Source: Callorhinchus milii (taxonomy: Eukaryota). Taken from it: 64,000 nucleotides of DNA. The notes beneath the pieces were generated by a model. The model was not told where the DNA came from. It made no database searches and saw nothing but the letters and a program-made list of their open reading frames with translations. Location: assembly GCF_018977255.1 (NCBI RefSeq), contig NW_024704742.1, forward strand, positions 38,132,001 through 38,196,000. Reading direction: 5' to 3'. Position numbers and translations under genes: made by a program. Below, piece by piece: positions 35,883 through 48,756 of the stretch; within the stretch, counting starts at the first letter, position 1, and the number at the start of each line of letters is the position of its first letter.

Positions 35883-38455
35883 GATTGTTGGTGAGACACT
35901 GCTGTGCACAATTGACTGTTGCATTTTGCCCACAAAATATCCAATCAATTCACTTGACAGTATATTCTGTGAAGAGTTTTAGACATTGCGAGGATGTGAT
36001 AAGGTGCTATATCAAATGCAAGGATTATTATTATTATTTCCATTTCTATTTAGGTGTGGGTACCCTCAGGTTCCTCACCACCAAGTGACCTTTGTTTAGG
36101 TGTGGGCCTTGATGGTCTGGGTGGGAGGTAATTACTTGAAGAGTGAATTCTATTGATCATTGCAGCTTTGCATCCGCTGAGAATCTTTGTTTTTAGGAGG
36201 TGTCATTTCCTGCAATGATGCTTCTCTGCTGTCTTCCTCCCCCACCCCCCACCTTATTGTTTGTAAGGTTGAGTCACCCGTGCAAATCAACTAGAGGAAC
36301 AACCTGAATAAATGAATGCATCAGAATTCACATACATTTATCAAACCTCTGCTATTGCCGCTGCCTTTCTGTCTGAGGATCAGACACTGGCAGTGGGGAA
36401 AGCCATGTCTGTGACTGAGCGTTCTGCACCTTTGAGGTTGGCCCCACTTTAAATTCTTCCATGCTCATTTGTCACAGCACAGCCATCGCAGTGAAGCTCG
36501 TGAGTCGCTCTGGAATGTACATCTGTTCCTCATTAACAGCTGATGTTCTTCTTTCGCTGTGGCCCAAGCAGTGATGTGTTGGCATTTGGAACTGTTTTCT
36601 AGCGCTTCAACCTTTCTCTTGTATCATTTGAGAGGAGGCTGTGCTGGTTTCACTTTCTCCTGGGGGCTGTTCTGTGTAGTGGTCGGCCTGGCTCAGTGGT
36701 AGCACTCTTGCCTCCATGTCAGAAGGTTGTTGGTTCAAGCCCCACGTTGAGACTTGGAATCACACAGTCTAAGATGACACTTTAGTGCAGTGCTGTGGGG
36801 GGAGAGAGTGCTGCATTGTCGGAGGTGAGACGTTCTGTCCTCAAAGGAATTTAATAATAATGGGTTCATCTTATGTCTGAGGTGGAGAGAGCGGTGACTT
36901 TGTCTCAGACTTGACGTTCAGACAGCTGCAAAGAAGTTAACAGTTCAGTGATTATTTGCCCTATGAAGAAGCACCAGTGGCTTGACATTTCTTATGTTTC
37001 CTTAAGATCAGGATGCTGCCGGTGCTCACACACTTTATTCAGAATTATATTACTGACCAAGAGGCTCACAACAAGTTCCTGGTACCTGCTATCCATCTCC
37101 TAGTTCAGGCTAAACCCATCCTTGTCTTTCCGATGTGAAGGTCACTGTATATGTGTAATTTGTTGTTGTTGGGTGTCTAATGATCAACTAGTATTTTATC
37201 TCCTTGGAGTGGTGAGGGGGTTGGAGAGATGTAAGTAGGGTCTCCGTTAGACTGAGTTGGCTCCAAAGTGATGGGCTTGGTAACAATGTTGGAATCAAGT
37301 CAATTTTCTGTGGCTGTCAGTAGTAGGTTCCTGAGCCAGGTGGGTCCACAGTACTTCAGGCACTGCTGATGGCATAGCGCCAGGCTCATTGGCAGGACTT
37401 GGAGGGGGGCTTTTTGCCACTCAGTTCTTCTTAATCCTCCAAACTAAACCCCTAACAGGTATCATGGTACTCACTGAACAAGCAGGGGAAAGCTTGCTAG
37501 ATAGTTCTGACAATGGCCAGCTATGTGGTTTTAAGTGGTTAAACTTCAACAGTACCCCATTGCTTCTGCCAGCCTGGAACCTCATTCTCTCTTATGACCC
37601 TACGTGAAATGACCCTGGTTCACACAGAACAGGTAGACACGGGGGTGGGGGAGGGGGGTGGTGTTGATTAAGCTGCTAAATACTCGCTACCATTGTGTTT
37701 GTAAAACATTTTGAATCAATGGCTGCATGTTATGTAATCACAACATGTCAATGGAACCAAATAAGTGGATAATAGGCCCTAGAGCTGCACAGTATTTAGG
37801 AGTTAATGCCCCGCATAAAGATTTGGTTGCTGCTTTGTTGTTTTAGAGAGAGAGAGATTTTATGTTAAAGTGTGCTATATCCATCTCTGAAAACAATTGT
37901 CAAAGCTTTTCAACGACCAAACAAAAGAATTCTAAACTAGCAATCGACCCACATAATAAGTAAAATCCCCTTGGGGCCTGGTTTTCAAATCAGCAAAGTC
38001 TGTGTTCCTAAGACAGTTATATTTATGAATAATTCACTTAGTTAAAGACTTGAAAGAACAAACATTCTGTGTGAAAGAGCACCGAGCAATAAATAATCTT
38101 GGCCAAAATGATGATCCTTCAAAGTTGATGGTTTGTAAGTTATGTAAGGACTGTGCTTATTTTAAGCAAAGCTGAATGCAGTTAGGCTTCTACATTAAGC
38201 AATCAGTTTGCCAAAATTCACTCTGGTACAAGATTTTCCACAAGTAACATACAAAAGATTGATAGTTTGCAGATGTCTCATTTCTGCTGCTTTGTCTCCC
38301 AACACTGAATTTGGCAGAACATATTTCGGTGTCTGGTCTTCCATTGCCTCGATATTTCAGTAACTGAGATTGTCACAAGACATTTTTAATGTTTATGGGA
38401 TTAATGTACTTGCACTACCCCACTCTCTGTACTCTCTGCATTACTACACTCTGCA

Positions 38456-39140
38456 CTAGGTTTCTATAAGATCACCTCTAATTCTTCTATATTCTAGAGG
38501 ATATAGGCCTAGTTTACTCAACCTATCCTCATAGGTCAACCCCCTCATCCCAGGAACAAACCTAGTGAATCTACCCTGCATTCCCTCTAAGGCGAGTATG
38601 TCCTTTGTTAAATAAGGAGACCAAAACGACACACAATACTCTAGGTGCAGTCTCACCAAGGCCTTATACAACTGCAGCAAGACTTCCCTACTCTTGTCCT
38701 CTAACCCTTTTGCAACGAACACCAACATGACATTAGCCTTCCTAGTTGCTTGCGTACCTGCTTACTAACTTTTTGTGACTGGTGTACAAGGACACCCAAA
38801 TCCCTCTGAACACTTACACTACCTAGTCTCTTCCCCCTCTAGAAACTAATTTGCTTTTCTATTTTTACTACCTAGGTGAATAACTTCACACATCCCCACG
38901 TTATACTTCATCTGCCACTTTCTTAGCCTGTCTATTTCCCTTTGCATTCTTCGTGTGTCATCTTCACAGCTTACTCTCCAACCTATCTTCGTATCGTCCG
39001 TGAATTTAGATATGTTAAGTTCTATTTCCTCATCTAAATCATTATATAGACTGTAAATAATTGAGGTCCAAGCACTGATCCTTGTGGCACTTCCACTAGT
39101 CGCATCCTGCCAATCTGAGAAGGATCCATTTATCCCTCAA
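38456..39140 (-). mobile_element. CR1 LINE RT fragment
   Basis: LLQLYKALVRLHLEYCVSFWSPY..RRIRGDLIET; a YADD-like motif region near 38985-39005. Confidence 0.9.
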
Positions 39141-39216
39141 TGAGCCAAACTGCTGTCACCTGTGCTATAAACGTCTATGAATCTTTGTTAATATATTATT
39201 TTTTATATAGCCGCAG

Positions 39217-39331
39217 AGCGAAGACCTACGAAACTTGAACCTTGCTGGCCATGTCGGATTTGATAGTCTCCCAGATCAGCTGGTCAACAAGTCAACAACT
39301 CAAGGGTTTTGCTTCAACATTCTGTGTGTGG
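39217..39331 (+). CDS. SEPTIN11: Septin-11 exon 2 ([38 protein letters not shown]), with an alternative acceptor at 39211
   Basis: cag acceptor, gtgagt donor, 115 nt; peptide is the SEPT6-group N-terminus. Confidence 0.95.
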
Positions 39332-39956
39332 GTGAGTAACAGCTTGCATTTATATAACACACATCAAGCAGGGCAGCTCTTCTGAGCACTTTGCGCCAAT
39401 TCACATCACATTTCAGCTGTTGTTGAAACTCTGCATTGAGTTTCAACATCGAACCTTCTTTGTGCATATTTTTAAATGTTCAGTGTGAGATTTGCATAGC
39501 GGGTACTCATCTGTTATTTATCGCTGTAACCAATCTGAGAAACATGCCTCCACCCAACTCAGCGTGGCGAGCAGTTGAACGGTGATTTATATCCAAACAC
39601 CCAGCTACTTCCAAAATGGATCTTTTAGTTGGATTTTTTTTCTCTCCTTTCAGCTGGTAAAACTGTTTTATGATGGTTTTACCAATGGAGAAAGTGGCAG
39701 CCAAAATCCTAGTCAAAGCCAGCCTGACTGTGAGGAAGCCTGCCGGTAAAAATTGCTGATAGACCTTTTGGTGTATAAGTGTGACAACAGACCAATATAT
39801 GCCCCAGACCTTTGCTAGTAGAGTTTGTGGAGTAAGGAAACTTGCCTAACATCTCGCCCTGCTAGGAATTGAACCCAGGTCCTCTCGCTTGCGAGGCGAG
39901 TGCTTTAACGACTACGCTACAGGGCTCCACATGCATTACAAGCACCTAAAGTGTTG

Positions 39957-40050
39957 AAAACAAAAACAGAAGTCACTGGGAACACTCGGGCAGCATCTAT
40001 GGAGAAAGTAAAGTGAATCAACGTTTCTGGTCCACGACCCTTTGTCAGAG
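39957..40050 (-). mobile_element. 94-bp Penelope-like terminal-repeat insert with a degenerate hammerhead motif
   Basis: Flanked by a perfect 11-bp direct repeat ctaaagtgttg (39946-39956 and 40051-40061). Minus strand reads ctgacaa-agggtcgtggacc-agaaacgtt. Confidence 0.7.
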
Positions 40051-43000
40051 CTAAAGTGTTGGGTGTTTCTCATGAGGAGTTCCAACTGGCTCTTGGTGAG
40101 GTAGTGCGTCCATAAAGATAAACTGTTGATTCCCGAGGTTCAGCATTTCGCCTCTTTAGTAGTGAAGCTGGGTTACCACAGTGATTGGTGTCAAACAGAT
40201 CAATCTTAAGGAAATCAATGCAGATGAAAGGTTGTAGAAATCTCTATCCTTTGAACTTTTTGTTGTGAATTCATTTCTTCCCTCATCACTCACCACTTGT
40301 GAGTGAATTTTTAAAAATAAAACTTATGAATATATTCTGCCAGCAAATGTTGATCTGTTAATTTCTGACTGGATTTGACTGTTGCTGTTAGGAAGGGATC
40401 CCTGGGCATGACATGACACGAGTGCCATGGCCTCAACCACCATTCCTGGTATTCTGTTTCAGTTATTTTGGTTAAGAAAGCCTTCCTGGTGTCAGTACTG
40501 AACTGCCTTTGCAACTCTAAACCTGTGTCCTCTTGCTCTGTATTGGTAAATGCAAAAGTATTAGATTACTCTTCCAACCTCATTTAAAATTTTGTGGATA
40601 TCCAGTTGTGTTTACTGACATTTCCAAGTGTTTGAAAAAATGAACCTTCTCATACTTGAATGAGACTCTGATTTGTGATTTGTTTGGGTTAATAAAGCTG
40701 TTGGAAAATGGAACATAAATTGTAGGTCTGTTCTGATCACGTTTTCTGCCGGCTCGTGTTGGAGGTTTGTCGTTGGCACAAGTTAAATCGGTCAGAAACC
40801 AGAGGGAAAATTTTACATTCCGGGAATGCTGCAGTACCTTGCTGTCTGCTGAACATCATGAAGGTGACTTGCCTTCATATACAGTTCAAGTTTTTTGATA
40901 TGATACAACCGTGGAGAGTGAAAATGCCCTGATGCAAATCTGTTCTACATTATAACGTATCTTGTTTAATTGTTTGCATTGGGCTTCACTTAGAGACAGT
41001 TTACTGAATCCTCTCAAGTCTGCAATGATCAGAAATGCAGTGGTTCCTTTGTCAGTGAGATACTGACATAGAGGCCTTGAGGTTTGCCCAGCTGCCTTTG
41101 TGGGATTTAAAGTCTGTTTTCAAGGGAGGAGGAACTGGATAAAGGACAGGTTAAACTTGTATGTACAGGAGATTTGTCCTTTTTGAGAGGTTTGTAATTG
41201 AAAAACATATTACTGACTGCCAAGTCCAATTTGCAGACATATTGAACAAAATTCAATGCGTTTAGTGTCTATTTGAAGGGAAAATGTTTATCAACCTGGG
41301 TTAAGAACAGTTTCAGTTTAACAAACAGTGACCAAACCTCATGATCAATTTGTAAACTCATGTGAGGACATCCCTAATGCACTGAGTCTCTGCGCAATGT
41401 TGTTTTGGATTTTACATGGTGTTTATTATTAATTGAAAATAATAATAATCTTTCCATTTGATACTTCAAGAGGATATCTCAAAATGTTTCAAATTTTACT
41501 GAAAGGTCCAGTGACTGTAGGGTGTGTATGTTTACATACATGATTCCTGTATGGACAAAACATGGTTTTAATTTCATGATTGTAAAAGGTGTGGTTAAAC
41601 CATCCATTTATACAGAAACATTCAATGACTGGTCATCGTGAGGGCATCTATCTTTTAAATGTTTTAAAACCAGTTAGCTGAAGCAGAATGGAGTTCTGTC
41701 GGAGCTGGTTTTACTACCATTTGCAATCCACATCTGCCTTCTCAACATTCCTTAAACCAGATGAAGATTGGAAGAGTTCAAGTGAGTGTAAAACTCCAAA
41801 GTCAATTCAGTTTAAATAACCAGATGGATGCTAGAAATCTGCAGCAGGTCAGTCAGCATCTGGAAGAGAAGCACATTTAACATTTTGTAGCATGAAGTTT
41901 TCATCAGAATGAAAATTGATTGTGAGTTTGTCTTAGGTTTTCAATACCTATGTGATTGTTCCTCATGACGGGAATTGACTGCCGAATAAAATCAATGTCT
42001 TGATGATTCCCATGAATCTAATGTCCGTAAGCCAATTCTAAAGGTCATGTTTGATTCAAGGCTCCAGAACACATCTTGTGCCAAAATAGCCTATGGTGTA
42101 TCGAAAGCCACAAAACAGTCCTCAGCATTTAGGTATCATGGTCCATCAATTGTGGCAGCTCATAGATTGGGATTATTGAAATTCTGCGTTCGATCCCGTG
42201 TTGGGTTCCAGTGCTGAAGTTCTGAGCTGGATTTTCTCGGTAGGTACTGGAATTATGATCTGGAATTGAAAGTGGGAATCTCCAGTTAAGTGGAAGCAAG
42301 ACTAAAATTGTGCTGTCCGTGGACTGAAACGTCTCTAGACTCTTACTACAATCAGATCACGAGCTCTGTAAACTTGGCCCCAGCACAGTGGTTAGTTTGT
42401 CAGTGAACTGCTGAAATAGCCAGTTTATGCTTTGTTCGATTGCTGCCTTTGTGGATTTTTTTTTTTTTAAAAAGTCTATTTAAATGGGGAGGGAAGGCTT
42501 GGCAGTTAGTTAAAGGAGTTCAGGAAACAGGACTTGGCCTCAGCTTCCATTTCATGACCTTTTCTTTATAAAGAAAAGCTTTTCTGTCGAATTTTTTTCC
42601 CAATTTGGAGTCAGATCCCCAGTTGTCTCTGCCTGCAGGAAATCCGATTCCATCATGGAAAAGAATGGCGTCAGAGCAACCAGACCTGGTGACGTTTCGG
42701 GAATGTGTGAACACTTTTGACATAATCCCTTGATTACGCAACATCATTGGACATGTGCTCATGTACGAAATGTCATTAGCAATTTATTTCTGCAATCTCT
42801 GCTACCCAAAGGCTGGTGGTGCAAAATGACCTGGTATTCTGGAACATCAGTGAAGGGAGTTTCTCCCTGCCTTCTGACCAACATTGCACCAAATAAAATT
42901 GATCATTCGCTTCATGGCTGTTGGACATTGCTGTGCGCACATTGGCTGCTGTGTTTACTCCAAAATACACGGTCACTGACTGCATGTTACAGTATATCTG

Positions 43001-44959
43001 TAAAGCCTTGAGACGGATGGCCTGTCAATGTGATACCTAATATAAATATTATTATATGGCTTGGGCTGCAATAATAATTTCTTCACCAAAGGTTTAATAA
43101 ATTGGTTACTCAATCCACGACTGTCTGTGGAGAAACTGCTGTGCGCAATCGGCTGCCACATTTCGCCCACAAAATATACAGTCAGTTCACTTTACAGTAT
43201 ATTCTGTGAAGCGATTTGAGACGTCTCGAAGATGTTATAAGGTGCTATATCAAATGCAAGGATTATTATTAATATTGTTTGGGTAACAGATCATAACACA
43301 CTCAAAAGGTGTTTCAAGTATGCAAGGATGTTTTCGTCGCAATACTTGCCCAATGGCACTGAGGTGTTGACCCATGTGCGGAAGTCCGCAGACAATGGAA
43401 GGCAGCGGTGGCTTGGAATTGCGGTTGCGTCTTTACTTTGGCACCGGATCTGGAATCCCCAGAGCTCCAGTGCTAAAATGGGATGAAAGAGGCGAGGAGG
43501 AGGGAAATGGTTGTGAGTGAGACTTCTGCAAATCACTTTGCAAAAAAAGAATAAATGCTACTGGGCCACTGCTGAGCGTAATTCTCCCTCGGGAATGTCA
43601 AACTGAAAGGCTGTGCAAAAGAAGTTGATTTTTTGCTTATATCTCCTGACGATGCAATTGGCAGGAGAGGATCTGAAGAGTAGCATTGTGCAAGAGATGT
43701 ACAGTACATACCTTGTATGTAATTCCCTTGCTCTTTATTAACAAAGAGGGTTCTTGTGGGTGAGCCATAATACATTTTGAGACTCAGGGCATCAATTGGT
43801 GAAATATGACCTTAGCTTAATTGTGGAATTTGTGTTGTATAAATAAGTGTTATAACAAAATGGATAACGTGAGCTGCATTCTGCCGAGCAACCAAATTAT
43901 TGTTAGCGAGCACGACCTCAATGTTTTTCTTAAACTTAATCATTTAATAATGATCCATCTGGGCAGGTGTGTGACCCCCAAGGTGGCCAACCTGCGGCCC
44001 GTAGGCTGAAAGTGACCTGGATAGCCTTCAAGAAGCAGCTGCCCGAACATTTGCACGAGTCTAGGTAGATCTACATTTGATCAGCAGTGTGTTTTCATTT
44101 TTTTCTTGATTGAATATTTCTTGATTTATGCCATAAATTAAGACATATTCAATCAAAATGTTATTTTGTTGACCAGCCATAAATGTTGGTTACCACTGTT
44201 CAGTAGAACAGAAATAACGCCTGGATATTAGTACAATGTTTTCACTTGTAGGCTATTTGTCTGCTGCTATCTCTGACATCAGAGGTGGTGCTCCAATCTT
44301 AACTGAAGTGATGCTCATTTTGCCTTCCAGAGTTTGTTTGTCCATCTCCTCAGGTCTTCAGCCCCCTCCTGAAGACAACAGCAACAACATATTATATTTG
44401 TATAGTGCCTTTCACGTCAGGAGGACCAAGTGCCTGGTGCAGGAAGGACCTTATGGAACCTCTGTAGCTGCCAAGTTTTCTTACTGGGGTTTGGCACAAG
44501 CATTTGGACCAGCGGTGAAGTTGGGGGAGGAGCAGGAGGAAAGCTTCCTGGAGGGAAAGTTGTAATTTAGAAACTCTTTAAATACGTTTCCATGGGCACA
44601 GGATTGTGTTGCCATTACTGCCTGTAATTCCATTAATGGATTATGAAGTAGTGTTAGGATGTACACTCTGAGTACATTGGCTCAATGCAGAATTTGCCAA
44701 TTTGCATTAGACTGCCAGGTTGGTAGTGGAGGGTGGGTGGGGTGGGGGAGTGATCAGACTTTTACAATATTATGAAACAAAATTTTTAAGAACAAAATAA
44801 ATGTTGGGAACCAGGACGGAAAGGTATTTGGTTCAACAAGATTCCTCTGTTCCCTCACTGTCAGAAATGTTTCACTTCCATTTACAAGTATAGTACAGAT
44901 ATTTTTTGAAAGTAGAAGATTGTTGAAATGCTTCAAGTGACGTACCGTGTATCTGAAAT

Positions 44960-47732
44960 TCAGAAAGATGCAAAGCCAATAGAGTAGTGATAATGGGGGA
45001 TTTCAATTATCCTAACATTGACTGGGAAAATAACAGCGTAAATGCCAAGGAGGGGGAAGGATTCATGAAATGTATGCAGGATAACTTTCTGGATCATTAT
45101 GTTTACAGCCCAACGAGGAAGAAAACAGTGCTGGATCTAGTTCTGGGGAATGAAGTAGGGCAAGTAAAGCAAATTTCAGTAGAAGAGCATCTGGACAACA
45201 GTAATCACAACATCATTAGGTTTAGAATACTTACGGAAAGGGACAAGGAGCAATTAAAGGTGAAGATACTCAACTGGAAGAGAGCTAATTTCAGTGAGTT
45301 AAAAAGGACCGAGCCAAAGGGGACTAGAAAGAAAGATTGGCAGGTAAAACAGCTAATGAGCAATGGGAAGCCTTCAAGGAGGAGATAATAATAATAATCC
45401 TTGCATTTGATATAGCGCTTTTCATGTCGGGAGGACGTCCCAAAGTGCTTCACAGAACACACTGTAAAGTGAATTGACTGTATATTTGTGGGCGAACTCG
45501 GCAGCCAATTGCGCACAGCAATGTCCCACAAACAGTCGTAGATTGAAAATAACCAATTTAATTATGGTTTTTGGAGGGATTATTATTAGGCTCTGTGTGG
45601 AGTAAGGAAACTTGCCCAAGGTTTCGCCCTCTGCCTGGAATTGAACTCAGGTCTCTCGCTTGCAAAGCGAGTGCTCTAACCACTGAGCTACAGGACTCCA
45701 GGTAGTTCGGGAATAGAACAAAAACGTTCCCACAAAGGGGAAAGGTAGGGCATCCAAACCTCCCTGGATGAGTAAGGAAATTGGGATTAAAATAAAACAG
45801 AGAAAGGAGGTTTATGATAAAGGTCAGGTCCAAAATACAGAAGGTAATCAAATAGAATATAGAAAGTAGCAAGGAAAACTGAAAAAGGAAATAATAGGGA
45901 CAAAGAGATTGAACGAGAAAAGATTAGCTGGTAACATAAAAGAGAACCCTAAGATATTTTATAAGCATATAAAGAATAAAAGGTTAGTCAAAGGTAGGGT
46001 CCAATTAAGGACCAAAGAGGAAATCTTCTTGTGGAGGCAGAGGACATGGCTGACGTATTGAATGAGTACTTTGTATCTGTCTTCACAAAAGAAGCGGATG
46101 CAGCCAATACCACAGTATCGGAGGAGAAAGTAGAGAAATTGGATAAGCTAAGAATAAACCGAGAGGAGGTACTAAAAAGGTTATCGGTGCTCATGGTAGA
46201 TAAGTCACCTGGTCCAGACTGGATGCATCCTTAGGTTACTGAGAGAAGTAAGGGTTGAAATAACGGAGGCTCTGGACACAATCTTTCAATCCTCCTTGGA
46301 CACCAGGGTGGTGCCAGAAGACTGGAGGGTTGGAAATGTTTCTCCCCTGTACAAAAAGGAGTAGAAGGATAAACCCGGGAACTACAGGCCAGTCAGCCTA
46401 ACATCAGTAGCGGGGAAACTTCGAAGAGACTATAATTCGTGACAAAATAAATTTTCACTTAGAAAAATATGGGTTAATAAAGGACAGCCAACACGGATTT
46501 GTTAAAGGCAAATCATGTCTAACAAACCTGATAAGAGTTTTTTAATGAAGCAACGGAGAGAGTGGATGAAGGCAGTGCAGTTGATGTAGTTTATATGGAT
46601 TTTCAAAATGTGTTTGATAAAGTGCCACATAAGGGTCTTGTAAGCAAAATAGAAGCCCATGGTATTAAAGGGACAGTGGCAGCATGGATACAGAACCGGC
46701 TGGAGACACGAAGCAGAGAGTGGTGGTCAACGGTTGTTTTTCTGATTGGAGGGAAGTGTGCAGTGGTCTCCCCCAGGGGGCGGTATTGGGATTACTGCTG
46801 TTTTTGATCTATATAAATGACTGGACTTGGGTATAGGGAGTACAATTTCCAAGTTTGCAGATGATACTAAGCTAGGAAAACTGGAAAACAGTGAGGAGGA
46901 TAGTAGCAGACTGCAAACAGATGTAGACAGACTGGTAGAATGGGCAGAAACTTGGCAGATGAAGTTTAATGTGGAGAAATGCAAAGTGATGCATTTTAGG
47001 AAGAGAGGCTATGTAAGCTAGATGGTACAATTTTAAAGGGGGTGAAGGAACAGAGAGACCTGGGGGTTCATATAAGTAAATCTTTGAAGGTGGCAGAAAA
47101 CGTAGTTAAAGCTGTTAAAAAAAGCATACAGTTTGCTAGGCTTTATAAATAGGGGCATAGAATACAAAGTCAGGAAGTTATGATGAACCGTTATAAAATA
47201 CTGGTTAAGCCTCAGCGAGAGTACTGTGTTCAGTTCTGGGCCCCACACTTTAGGAAGGAGGCATTGGAGAGGGTGCAAAGGAGATTTACCAGGACGGTAC
47301 CAGTAATGAGGGTCTTCAGTTATCAGGAGAGGCTAGAGTAGCCAGGATTATTCTCCTTGGAGCAGAGAAGGTTAAGAGGAGACTTAATAGAAGTTTTCAA
47401 AATTATGAGGGGATTTGATAGGGTAAACAAGGAGAAACTATTTCCACCAATTTAAAATAGTTGTTAAAAGAAATAGAGGGGAGATGAGGAGACTTTTTTT
47501 TACACAGCGAGTTGTTGGGATCTGGAATGCATTGCCTGAAAAGGTGATTCGATAACAGCTTTTAAGAGAGAGGTAGATAATTATTTGGGGAGGACAAGTT
47601 TGCAGGGCTATGGGGAGAGAGCGGGGGAGTGAGACTGATTTGGAAGCTCTTTTCAAAGAGCGGCACAGACATGATGGGCCAAATGGCCTCCTTCTGTGCT
47701 GTATAATTTTGTGATTCTTGATTCTATGATTC
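44960..47732 (+). mobile_element. Large degenerate CR1 LINE (endonuclease end, RT and 3' tail), interrupted by a SINE
   Basis: IMGDFNYPNIDW, VLDLVL, DKSPGPD, VDVVYMDFQ.FDKVPH and ISKFADDTKLG in several frames; tail ...gattctatgatt. Confidence 0.95.
45385..45699 (-). mobile_element. Young tRNA(Ala)-headed SINE nested in the CR1
   Basis: Near-identical reverse complement of 16628-16940. Confidence 0.93.
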
Positions 47733-48463
47733 TTGTCCGATTCCAGTAAAACCACAAAACAAATTCACAAATGTTTTATTTTCTGAAGATCAGTTTTAAA
47801 ATATACATAAGAGAAAAATGACGAGATGATTTCCTACAGCAGTGTCCTTCTTTAACAACACCCTGGAGGAAGCTTTGCCTCCACAAAGTCTGTTACTCAG
47901 GAGTTCAGCCTTGCTGTTCATCTTAAATTTACCGCAGGGAATTTCATTTTAAACTGCTTTTAACTATCGTGGTTAAGTGTCTGTCTGGAAAAAGGAATCA
48001 TTTTAAAATAACAGCTGGATCCTACTAAATCATACATGTAATGTGCCAAGAAATGTATCTTTGGATCAAGAATTCTACAAATGAGATTTAAAAAACTCCA
48101 GTTTGCAATTCTTTGTACCGCATCTTGTTTCCATCATCAATTCGGACTTTGATCAAAATGATTCTTGCCAATTTTCTCCCTTTTTCTCCAGATCTTTGGC
48201 TACTTTTCTTCCTCTCTGACACAGTTCCTCGGGGACCTCTAGTCCTTTGCCCAAGTGGTGATGGGAGGGTAGGCTTGAGGGCTGCACAACCCTGCCAAAC
48301 TCAATTTATCTCTACTGTACGTATGATTCCAGAAGGAATCTCTGGATAATGTGCCAGAGTGAGAACACCAGCTTCCCCCCACAACCACCCATACAGGGAA
48401 CTGAGGTTAAATCTATCACCCTGGTCAACCATTCTCACTTGAATCAGTGAACTCAGTACACAT

Positions 48464-48756
48464 GGAGTCCTGTAGTTCAGTGGCTAGAGCACTCACCTTG
48501 CAAGCGAGCGACCTGGGTTCGATTTCCTGGCAGGGCGAAAACTCCTCACGACTGACAATAATCCCCTCAAGAAAAAAACAATAATAAATTGGTCACTTCA
48601 ATCCACAACTGCTTGTGCGACACTGCTATGCGCCATTGGCTGCCGTGTTTCGTCCACAAATATACAGTCAATTCACTTCACAGTATATTCTGTGAAACGC
48701 TTTGAGAAGTCTAGAAGACGTGAAAAGTGCTATATAAATTCAAAGATTATTATTAT
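48464..48756 (+). mobile_element. Young-family SINE, near full length
   Basis: ggagtcctgtagttcagtggctagagc head and (att)n tail. Confidence 0.87.

Noticed and set aside
43978..44198. Possible hAT MITE
   Set aside because: Termini match only about 9/14 and there is no clear target-site duplication; too degraded to call.
44960..47732. Potentially active reverse transcriptase gene
   Set aside because: Multiple stops and frameshifts, 5' truncation and a nested SINE.
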